Assembly (NCBI GenBank): GCA_030248215.1
Contig: JASANG010003810.1
Coordinates: 372,001-436,000 of the forward strand
Source: Enoplolaimus lenunculus
Lineage: Eukaryota
DNA: 64,000 nt
Reading direction: 5' to 3'
Shown here: positions 1-38,393 of the stretch, in pieces
Layout: the number at the start of each line of letters is the position of its first letter
Numbering within the stretch: position 1 is the first letter of the stretch
Notes under the pieces: generated by a model
The model's input: only the letters and a program-made list of their open reading frames with translations
Database searches by the model: none
What the model was told of the DNA's origin: nothing
Made by a program: the position numbers and the translations under genes

Positions 1-555
1 CGCAATATCTTGCGTACAGCACATAAGATTTGAGGAGTTAGGGTGCTGGACACTGAAGCTTTTTGGCTTCAGGAGCCCGGATATTGAAGCTTTTTGGTTT
101 CACTGGCCCACATACTGAAGCTCTTTGGATATATTGGCCCCGATTGCGAAAGTTTTTGGCTTTAGTGTCCAGTACATTATCCCCTCTACAGTTTGTTGGT
201 GTTCGCATGATATTGTGGATGTTGCGTTAGACATTGTTGTGAATTTTAAGTGTTCAGGATCGAGACTGATTATTTATTGTGTATAGTATTGTTGAACCTT
301 GGAAACATGTGAAACTTGTTTAACTGAATCAAGGGTATTACTTTTTGTCTGGGAAGTAAGTAGAATTTCATTTCAAGGGTCTGTATAGATGATGTACGGA
401 TCACGTGTTCTGTCGCTCTTTTGGAAGATCAGTTAAAATCAATTAGATATTTTTTGATAATGGCAAAATATTTTGAAGGGAAAGGCAGAACACAGCCAAT
501 GTACGGGTGTTGTCAGTTACGAATTTGACATGGTATTCCAAGTTGGTTATTTCAG

Positions 556-2885
556 CGCAAATCATCTACAACAACATCAACGTGTCCACAAAGGTGAACA
601 ACCGTTTCAATGCGGCGTTTGCAGTCGATCGTTTGCGAATAAAACACAAATGGAGAAACACATGAAAACGCATATGCCTGAACAAAGTAACGGAGCTGGC
701 TCGGCGGCGCAGTATGTGGTTGTATGGGAGCAAGCTGGTTCGGTGCAGGTAAGTCAAAAGGTCGTGGATGGCTTGACATAGAGTTCATTCAAAGGTTGGT
801 TGCTACGCGCATACAAGACATAAAATGTTGGTACATGTTAACTTAATTTGAAAGTGCGATACTTAGAACTTGATTAGTGGGATATAGTTCATTATGATAC
901 TCTTTTTCCAATCTTTATTTTAATGATACCGGATTTTAGGAAGCAGTTGTTGTCTCTGACGGCCTGGCTGGTTCTGCGTCCGCAGGTGCAGCTCTAGCAT
1001 CACCATCGAAAACCGCTCCGATCTCACAAGTGGCCCGTCATCCGACCACTGCCAGTGTGCTCGGAAGCATTCCAGCTGGTCCTGGCAGCGCTACTAGTTC
1101 CCAAACAATAGCAGCGTCAAGTGCTGCCGCACCGAGTACTGTTGTTCATCAGTATCCTGTCACAGCAAATATTGGTGGAACTCCGTTGGGAACCGGAAGA
1201 TCCGGGGCAGTAACTGGATCTCAGCAAGTTGTCTCGTCCTCGTCGTTGATCGTAACCCCGGCTAGCCCAGACAAGAAAACAGCGACGGCAATGCTGGCCG
1301 GTGCAAGGTCCCCTACTGCAGCGTATTTGACGACTACTGTCTCTGGTAATGTTGGTGCTGGCAACGAACAGCAGTTTCAGCAGCGGACTGGAATAGGAAT
1401 TGGTAACAATTTTGGTTGCTGAATCTTGAATTTATATTATTATTGATGACTGCTGAGCTATATACAATTAATTGCAGCAAAATATTGTATTCCATAGAGA
1501 GAATGGCCCATGTAAAGAATGGGGGCGGTACGTTTTTCTGTGGACTAAAAAAGAGTAAGCTTAAGCTTTAGACTATTTTTTTTGCTTGGCCTAGGCTTAG
1601 GCTTAGGTTTAGGAATATGCTTATAATACTGTTTCGCCCCTGTTCTTTACATTGGCCTAAGTCATTTCAATACGAGGTGTGTTTTTTAATTTTCACTGCG
1701 TTCTTTGATCTGTGCGTGAAAACGCAAAAAACGCAAAATCTCTGGTATACACTGTTTATAGATACCAAAGTTCGTCCTGTCCCAATAGCGCCTTCAGTTG
1801 GAATGTTGCCTTCAACTAGCGGAACTGTAACTGCTGGACTGGTGGCAACGGCTGGAAATCAGTCCCAGCAGCAAACGGTTACTCTTGCGCCAGGAGGCAC
1901 AACGATGATCGATGGCCAACCAGTGCAGGTACGGAGGGTAACCTGAAAACGTTGCCAGCACGGGGATGCTGTCCTGATCTATTTTTGATCGGAAAAAATT
2001 TTGGTGCTGCGAGCGCAACGTTAAAACTTAGGATATTACTCAGTCCGAGGAAAATGTCAGTGTGTTGTCGTTAAAGTTTATGTTATAGTGTGAGTCCACA
2101 GTTTGAACTGAGAGTAAAATCAGGTTTGTGTATATGTGGGAAATGCGCGCGTTTGCAAGCATTTTGACACAGCGTAAAATTAATTTTAACTAAAAGGTCT
2201 TTTCTACGAATTTTCATATAGCCTATTGCATAATTTCATGGAATCTTTTGCTCACTTTTCGTGTTTTTTTGTAGTTTGTTGATGAACACGGTAATGTAAT
2301 TGAAAACTTCTCGGGCAACGAACAGTTTGTTGTTTTGGACGAACATCAACTATCTCAACCACAAGGACACGCTGCAGTGGTTGCTTCTACGACTACTAGT
2401 GGAGCGGTCGTATCAACTGGACATACTTCAGGTGCTGTCAGCACAAGTGGTACCGGAGCCTTGATACAAACCGCTGATGGACAGACTGCAGTTATCGGTA
2501 AACGGTTATGAGTCTTTGCGTGTTTGTTTTAAGTGAAATCAAATGGCCAATATGGTTTGAAATTCGGTTTCGTTTGCAGTAGTACTTTTTGCTAGTTGGT
2601 ATTACAGTCACAAACTAGCGAACTCCAGCTAACTTCCTCGGTTGAAAACTTCAGAGGGTCTATCAATAATTGATGATGAAAATGCATCACACGTTTGAGA
2701 TACGGATACAGTTTCCAGTTTAAAATTGTTTCTAAATGTGTTGTGTTATAGATCGCAATACTCTGATGGCGTTAACTGGAGGTCAAGATATCAGCGCTGG
2801 TCCGAACGAAGCAATTTATATTACTGAAGAAGACTTGCAAGCATTGGCTGCACAGCAAGGCGTTGTACTCAGTTATCAGCAGTAG
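556..2885 (+). CDS. C2H2 zinc-finger protein, 3' part (5' exons lie upstream of the window); exons 556-748, 940-1402, 1762-1928, 2275-2497, 2752-2885
   Basis: Exon 556-748 encodes [37 protein letters not shown] (end of one finger, TGEKP-like linker, one full C2H2 finger). All joins are GT-AG and phase-compatible, giving an S/T/A/G/Q-rich tail that ends at TAG 2883-2885. Confidence 0.85.
1505..1657. mobile_element. TTAGGC-bearing MITE, subfamily A copy, in a zinc-finger gene intron
   Basis: Termini GGCCCATGTAAAGAATGGGGGCGG and CGCCCCTGTTCTTTACATTGGCC; internal CTTAGG repeats; about 20 related copies in the window. Confidence 0.8.
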
Positions 2886-5800
2886 TAATTTTGGTTAATG
2901 CGTTTTCTCATCTGTGTCTCGTTGGATTGTTTTTGTTACTCTCTGATCTTAACCGATGGCGGGGGGCATATTCTAAATTTTTTACATTTTCTGTCAATAA
3001 AACTTAGTCCCGTCTTGTTTCGGGAGCTGGTTCCAGCACCGGCGTCACTGCAAACAGATTTTGGAGAAATGCACTTATTTGATACTGCGCTAAGTAGTAT
3101 CTTAAACTACGTATGTTTTGTCTACATGCGGTAATATATTACTGACCATTTAATTAGATGGTCGTTTTGCAGTTTGTGTTTTTGAGTTTCTATGGTTATT
3201 TTGTAAATTATTAATGTGCAAACGCTATATTCTACTGTTTTTTGGTTGCTAGTATACAAGTTTTCACTGAGAAATTTCAAACCTTGTGGGTTTATTCTGC
3301 CTAACGATTTTTCTGGGAACATCTATAAGTACCGGTTTTTTCAGTTCTGGGGATAGTGTATTAATAGTACTTTTAAAAGTCAAATTTTGGAACTTACGTA
3401 CTGCCCCTTTCAGTAAAATTGATGTAAATAATGATTCAATAATTAAAAAGATCATGATGGCTTGTCACTTAAAGACTTCTAGTATGTGCAACGCCTATTA
3501 CGGAAGCTTTTTAGGTTGTTTTGTTTGCAAATCGTTCAGATATTTTAGGGTCAACGGATTAATGGTTTTAATTTTATTGGAATTTGGTAGAAAGATAATT
3601 TTGATCCGAAACTACAACTTACGAAACCGCACCTATCTTAAAACATTTGAGGTTTTTCTTTGTAATCTAAAACTGTATTGGGTTAGTTTGATGTTATGCA
3701 ACACCTAATTTATTGTACGTAGTAATTCAGGTTTACACTTTAAACTTCTGTACTAATATCGTGAATGTGACTGATAGACGTTGTTTTGATTTTATTATGT
3801 AGCTTTGTGTTTTTAATTGTGAGTTGTTTTGACAATGTTATTTTTAGGGGCGTAACAGTAGGTTAAGCGTATTCCTAAGCCTAAGCGTTGCAAAAATATG
3901 TTCCTAAGCCTAAGCAAAAATGTAATCTAGAATCTAAACCTACTCTTGTATAGATCCACCAGAAACCTGGACGCTGCTTAAAGTAACATGGGTCGTTGTG
4001 TCTATGCAATCAGTTTCAGAGGAGTTTCTAGAATTGTGTAATTGAATGCTGAAGCTCCGTAAGTAGAGACAATAATTTGAAACATAGCGTGGCTTAGGAA
4101 TATGTTTGGTATATTGCCCGTGGCGGATCCAAAAATTTGTAAAAAGGGGCGGGGGTTCCGTGATATACCTGAATATGACCCCAATATAAACAAACATTAA
4201 GTATTGTGCACGGTTCCATCGAAATAACGCAAAAACTCAAATCCTCTTCCGGCATCCGAAGACTATAATTCTGTGGTAAACATTATTTCAAATTCCGTTT
4301 CCTGCAATAACTTCAATGTCTGATCCAATAAAATTTTGTTCCTCATGAAGCACTGGTATTTTGCTCTTAGCAATCATGTTTTACTGAATTTTGCGTTATT
4401 TTTAATTAAAATAAAATGATTTGCTGGATATATGAGCGACGTACTTGAAAAAATTTCACAATGATAAATCTTGGTTGCGATAACACTACTGGTTTAGCGG
4501 GAAAATTTATAATTTGGTGGAAAAATTGAAATTTGGCAAGAAAATTCAAATTTTGGCGAGACGTTTTCAACTAGATAAAAGCTAGTGACAAAACGTGACT
4601 CGACTGCCCAGTTATCATGGACCCCGCATTACTTTTTTTACGACAAGGTGCATGTGAACGCTAAATTTGTGATAGTTTCGAGGTGAAGATCCTAAACAGC
4701 AATCTAGGTATCGGAACAGAAATTTGCATTGTAAGTTTAGCGTCCCCCATCTCCCTGGATCCAACCTTGTGCAAACTTTATAAACGTTTATGGTGACGTT
4801 CTAGGCGTTTGTCGTAATTTTTAGGGCAACTGACGAGAAATATCTAAATTTCACGAACAAATACGCCTAAAACGAAATTTCTTGACAAAAATCTAGAAAT
4901 ATGTGCTACAATTAGCAAATTCAACACCTATTCTAGCAAATTCAACACCTATTCTAACAAACAACCTAATTTAACTTTGGTTTTCGGTTTCAGTAACGGA
5001 TCGCGACATTTGGCTTCTGATTCGACTTCGAATTTATCACCTACTATTTCGGCCCGGTCATTAGTTTTTGTTTTATACACATTGATCGCAGCACCTAAAG
5101 ACGTTGGCAACATCCTGTAGTAAAATATACAGGGTGTTCTGTTTATCACCGTTTTACTGATACCTTGCGGACGCAGCCGCCATTCATCGATTTATAAATT
5201 TACTACGCCGTTTAGCAACGCCTAAGCCTAACTTCGTAAGAACGTGCATATTCCTAAGACTAAGATTACGCCTAAGGCTAATAAAGAAAAGGGGCGTAAC
5301 AGTATTATAAGCATATTTGTTAAAGCCTAAAGCGGAAGTAAGCGTAAGCATGAGCGTAAGAACGTGCATATTCCTAAGACTAAGATTACGCCAAAGGCTA
5401 AAGCAAGAAAAAATTAGTCTAAAGCTTAAACTTACTCTATTGCAGTCCCAGAGAGAAGCGTTCCGCCCCTGATCTTTACATGAACCTTCGTCAGTATGAA
5501 ATCAGTATTGAGAGTCGCTCAATTTGGATTTAGAATTGTAATAAACTACTCATTGAAGTTGGAACATTAATGTTAAGGTAAATACTTCGCTAGTGATAAA
5601 TGCAGCGAGAAACTGAAATGGCAAGTTTTGCGCGATATTCCCAAATGTGTAGCCCACATCACTATTTGACCAAGATATTTTTAATTTTCGAACCAATGAA
5701 TGAAGAGGTTCGAAATTCAGCACATTTTCCGCACTTGATTTGTAATAGTTCTATTTCAATTATCAATTTTGAGATTCTCAATTGTAGACTGTCAGTTTAG

Positions 5801-6229
5801 GTGTTAACCAGGACTTCAGACCGTTTAGCTAAGCAGCTGGAAAAGCGGGCATACAACGGTGGCTCTAACTGGCGGCTGACAAATATGCAATACCCGACAA
5901 GTTGTACAGAGACTGTGTTTAGCCTAAGGTAGAAACTGAACCGTACAGGCTACGAAAATGACTGCATTAGATTCCATATTTTGGCAGCTGCTGTAATTAC
6001 ACCGCTTTGTTCAATCTGTTTTTTAGTGATTCAAGACGTGTTTGTGACATGCGGATGCATGGAGGCAAAATGAAACCTCATGTTAATGCTGTGCATCGGT
6101 AAAAACGTTGATGCATATGTAGTGCCTTCATATGCAGAAGCGGTAAAACATGGAAGAACCAAGATACATGTGTATAATGTTGAGGTTGTTATAAGGCATA
6201 AAACAGAAAAACTCAGCAGTGGAGGGTGA

Positions 6230-6310
6230 GGCGGCGTGGCTCAGTGGATAGCGCGCTGGACTGATAATCTGTCGACCGAGTTCGAAACCCCTGAGAGCGT
6301 CCCTCATTTT
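6230..6310 (+). ncRNA. tRNA-derived Pol III cassette inside TRIM LTR1 (not a functional tRNA)
   Basis: A box TGGCTCAGTGG (6237-6247), anticodon-like arm CTGGA-CTGATAA-TCTG, B box GAGTTCGAAAC (6278-6288), then TTTT (6307-6310). T-stem and acceptor stem are degenerate. Confidence 0.75.
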
Positions 6311-6650
6311 CAGCTGCTGAGCACTCAATTAAAAACTGTCGTACCCTAGCTTACCCAACTTATCACATGGTCACCACGACTGGACCGCAATGGCAAATGC
6401 CGCGGTAGAACCAAAAAATACATAAGTTGGCGGTCAAGGGACGACCTTGTAGGAAAACAGGGAGATGTGACATGCGGATGTATGGAGGCAAATAACCTCA
6501 TGCTGATGCCGTACATTGGTGAAATCACTGCTGCATATGTAGTGCCTTCATTTGCAACAGCAGTAAAACATGGAAGAACCATGATACATGTGTATAATGT
6601 TAAGGTTCTTATAAGGCATAAAAACAGAAAAACTCAGCAGTTGAGTGTGA

Positions 6651-6732
6651 GGCGGCGTCGGTCAGTGGATAGTGCGCTGGACTGATAATCTGTCGACCGA
6701 GTTCGAAACCACCTGAGAGCGTCCCTCATTTT
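6651..6732 (+). ncRNA. tRNA-derived cassette inside TRIM LTR2 (A box mutated)
   Basis: Same cassette as in LTR1, but the A box reads TCGGTCAGTGG; B box and TTTT are retained. Confidence 0.65.
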
Positions 6733-6906
6733 CCGCTGCTGTGAGGACTCAGAATCAAAACTATCGTACCCTAGCCTACCCAACTTATCACAGTGTTTTA
6801 ATGTAATTAATTTGTTAACTGTCAACTCGTTACAAACTTAACTGTCTTGTTATTGTTGCTATAACTTGTTTGATGATATTTGCTCAATCAAATTCCCTTC
6901 ACCGGT

Positions 6907-34615
<27,709 letters not shown>

Positions 34616-36214
34616 ATTCAATGCAACGAAATCTGCAGAAAATACTTAAACTCAATGCATTTATTGCAATTTTTGAATGTTACGCGGTGTATGCGTTTAG
34701 AGCGGTAATTATATCAAGACATGGTGATGGCGGTGGACAAGAGTATGCATCTAGAAATAACATTCTAATGCAATGCGATAGTCAGAAATATTTGTCGATG
34801 GTGCTGCCACAAATGATGTTAAATGAATTGGTTAGTTGTATACCCTTTTCTAAGCGTCAATATCGATGTTTGAGTACATGTAATGTGTGCAAAATATGAG
34901 TGCTGTGATTTGATACTGTGAACATTGTATATATAGTGTGCGGAATGTTATAGTAGGGTATTTAACACTTTCTCACATGAATGTATTCTAGGTCGTGTAA
35001 GTTTTAGGTTACAGCTAACAACCGGTGGAAGGTATTGATCATCACTACATAGGCCCATGTTACTTTAAGGGGCGTAAAGGTTTCTGGTGGGTCTATAGCA
35101 GAGTGGGTTTAGATATTAGATTACATTTTTTGCTTAGGCTTAGGCTTAGGAACACATTTTTGCAACGCTTAGGCTTAGACTTAAGCTTAGTAATACGCTT
35201 AATCTACTGTTACGCCCATAAAGGTAGCATTTACCACTACATACATACCATCACTACTCAGCTGGTGGGAGCTGTGACGTCTTGTGGAGGTTTTGCGTTT
35301 TATGATTCGTTTTTCGGAACTGTTGTGAATTTTTTGGTGTCTCCGTTGACCGTGTGGGCCAATATTACTTTTAGAGCCGTATTAACTCTAGACAGCATGT
35401 TGCTATGCCTAAGCGTTGAAGTAGGTGTTAATCCTAAACGTAAGCCCTGCTTAGCCCAAGCAAAAATAGTCTAAAATCAAGTACTACTCCAGTACAGTTG
35501 TGCGAGAAAACGGAACACGCCTAAGAGTGCAACATAAGGCTATCGTTGAAATTGTACAAAACAGTGAAAATCGACTACACAAACCGTTTAGATACAGTGT
35601 AAATTTGTGAAAAAATTTGTTGACTGTTGGTGCATCTGGTATTGGGTTTGTTTATACCTGATTTCGGAACCGTGGTGTGGTGGTATGTAAACGGAAACCA
35701 AACACTTGGGTAGCGTTATGTACGATACCATTCTGGGACCGATATAGGCATTTTCGACAAAATTGGTTGTCAGCTTTTTCAACTTTGGTTTTTGGAAGTA
35801 TGAAATTAGGCGAGTTGTTAGTGTTTAAAAAATTGAAAACTGAAATCAATTTGATTGGCTTAGATTCGTGCCGTTTCAGTTAAAACTCGATTGTATATAT
35901 TGGCTGCAGTTGTATGACGTATTCTAGTCGCTTGGTTGTACAATGTGTTGTGTGATTGGTCACATCTTAGCTATTTGTGTTAAAACTGTAATTTGCTGGA
36001 CCGTAGTCGGCCTAAATGTTGCCAGATCGAACTTGGGGAAGCGGTTTGTTTTGCGGTTTGACCGTGAATCAATAAAAGACTACGGTTAATCTTCAATATT
36101 TCCAAAATATGTAAGTTGCATAAAACAAGTCGCACAGTTTGTTGTTTTTGTACACTTTCCTGCAGATTTAAGATAAAGGCTTAGGTGTGAACTTGCCTTA
36201 GCATTTGGCATATG

Positions 36215-36394
36215 GGCCAATGTAAAGAACAGGGGCGTAACAGTGTTATAACCATATTCCTAAGCATAAGCCTAAGCGTAAGAATGAGCATATTTCTAAG
36301 CCTAACCCAAGCAAAAAATAATCGTCTTAAACTTAAGCTTACTCTATTTTAGTCTCACAGAAAAACGTTGCGCCTCTGTATCTTTACATGGGCC
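36215..36394. mobile_element. TTAGGC-bearing MITE, subfamily A copy (neighbours ~36835-37097, 37330-37500, ~38481-38647, 38707-38917)
   Basis: GGCCAATGTAAAGAACAGGGGCG...CTTTACATGGGCC with exact 8-bp TSD GGCATATG. Confidence 0.88.
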
Positions 36395-38393
36395 GGCATA
36401 TGTAAGCCTTTTTCTAAACACCTAACCGTAAGCATAATTGTTAGAAGTAGTTCACAAGAGCTAAGTGCTAGAAAGAAGTAGCGAATACTACAAGAACAAA
36501 AGTTGATCAACTCTTATAGCCGGATCTTCTTGAAGGCTACGGCTGTGCTTTTGCTTTGTATAATTCATTTATTTGTTTTTTTATAACAAATTGCTGTTTT
36601 TTATAACGGGTTTGTTTCTATGACACTGTAAAATTTATCATAATATATCATTTTGGTATTTTATACTGCATTTCGTCGGCTGAGTAAATTTTAATTATAG
36701 ATCGTCAATCAATGGTTGAGCAGTTCTTTGTTGGATGCTATTCTTAAAAATAGAACGGGAGACAGTAATGTCTTAGCTAGTGCGAAATTAGAACCGAAGG
36801 CAATGCGAAATGACATAAAACATTGGGGGAAATAGCCAATGTAAAGAACAGGGGCGGAACAGTATTATAAGCATATTCCTAAAGCGTAAGCCTAAGCCTA
36901 AACGTAAGAATGAGCATATTCCTAAGCCTAAAGCCTGAACGTAAGAATGAGCATATTCCTAAGCCTATAGCCTAAACGTAAGAATGAGCATATTCGTAAG
37001 ACTAAGCCAACGCTTAGCAAAAAGATTCGTCTAAAGCATAAGCTTACTCAATTGCAATCCCACAGAAAAACGTTCCGTTCTTGATCTTTACATGGGCTGG
37101 GAAAATTTATGTCGGTTTCACTTTAATCTGGGGCACATCTGCATGTACCACTATAAAATGTAACGTGGTGTGAATTTTGAAACAAAACGTATTTTACCAT
37201 TGTCTGGTGCAAGCGTACGTTGTCAGGGTGGTGCCGGATATCCGTTTCAGGTGAAATCGGTTTCTTTGCCGAGTAGAAATACCCTACAGTTTTTATGTTC
37301 AAAATTAGATTTATGTAGCCGAATTTTTTGGCCAATGCAAAGAACAGGGGCGGAACAGTATTATAGGCATATTCCTAAGCCTAAGTGGAACAATGAGCTT
37401 ATCCCAAAAGCCCTAGCCAAGCAAAAAACTAGTCTAAAGCTTAAGCTTACTCTATTCTAGTCCCACAGAAAAATGTTCCGCCCTGATCCTTACATGGGCC
37501 GAATTTTTTAGTATAAATATGCCGCAATTGTTTGATATGACGTTATATAAATATAATAGCGAAATCCAAAATCTGAAAAACCGCTGTTTTTAGTTTAGAA
37601 TTCTAGAAAATTTAGCGAATATTTGCATGACTGAATTGCATGGTGTAACGGAAACGGATTGTGATCAAAATAACGTTAACGCAAAACGGATATAAAATTA
37701 TGAAACAGTTTCAGAGATGTTTTATTATTTCGGATGAATTTCGTAATTATTATTTCATTTCGAATAGTTGTAGCATTCCTGTACTAACGGAAAATTGTCA
37801 GATATATACGTGATACATAACTAATTTTGAGCGTAAAAATAACGGAATTTCCATTCTTTCTATAGGTATATAACAACAACGAACACGGATTTTTGGCGGA
37901 AACGGATATCCGGTTACACCCTGCTGAAAAACTAAAATATCGTTGAAACGTTTAAACTTCGGCCATTTTTACTTTTAGGACCGTAACTTCAGATTAACCA
38001 TATTCCTAAACCGAAAGTGTAAAAATAATCTTAAACTGTGAGAAAACGGGGCGGCCCTGAAAATAACACGGGCCTGTTGCATGCTGCAGCTCGTATATAC
38101 AGGCACCTCGTATATTTAGAGCGTATGGGGGGCAGAGGGGGTTTATCCGCTCTGGAAAAATACCCCCTTGAAATTTTTCAACCTTGCCTGTAAGTCAACG
38201 AAAACCTTTGTATGCCCCTCTTGAAAATTTTCAGTCACCCTAGCGAGGTGAGCAGGCACTGGCTACGGGCTTACGACTGTCAGCTTGCTTAGCTATATTT
38301 AACGTTTTAGAAAGTTTTCCGGCTATGGATAATAAGTGAAATTATAACAGGGATGTTAGATTTTACTGTTTAAATTTAGAATTATACAAAATC

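Larger units (their letters stand above)
6043..6792 (+). mobile_element. Terminal-repeat retrotransposon in miniature (TRIM): LTR1 6043-6367, 98-bp internal region with PBS and PPT, LTR2 6466-6792
   Basis: Two ~325-bp direct repeats, both TGTGACA...TATCACA. PBS-like TGGTCACCACGACTGG directly follows LTR1 (6368-6383). Purine tract AGGAAAACAGGGAGA (6451-6465) abuts LTR2. Perfect 5-bp TSD GTGTT at 6038-6042 and 6793-6797. Confidence 0.93.

Noticed and set aside
6230..6306. Functional tRNA-Ile(GAT) gene
   Set aside because: T-stem and acceptor stem do not pair canonically, and the unit is duplicated inside LTRs, so it is treated as tRNA-derived.
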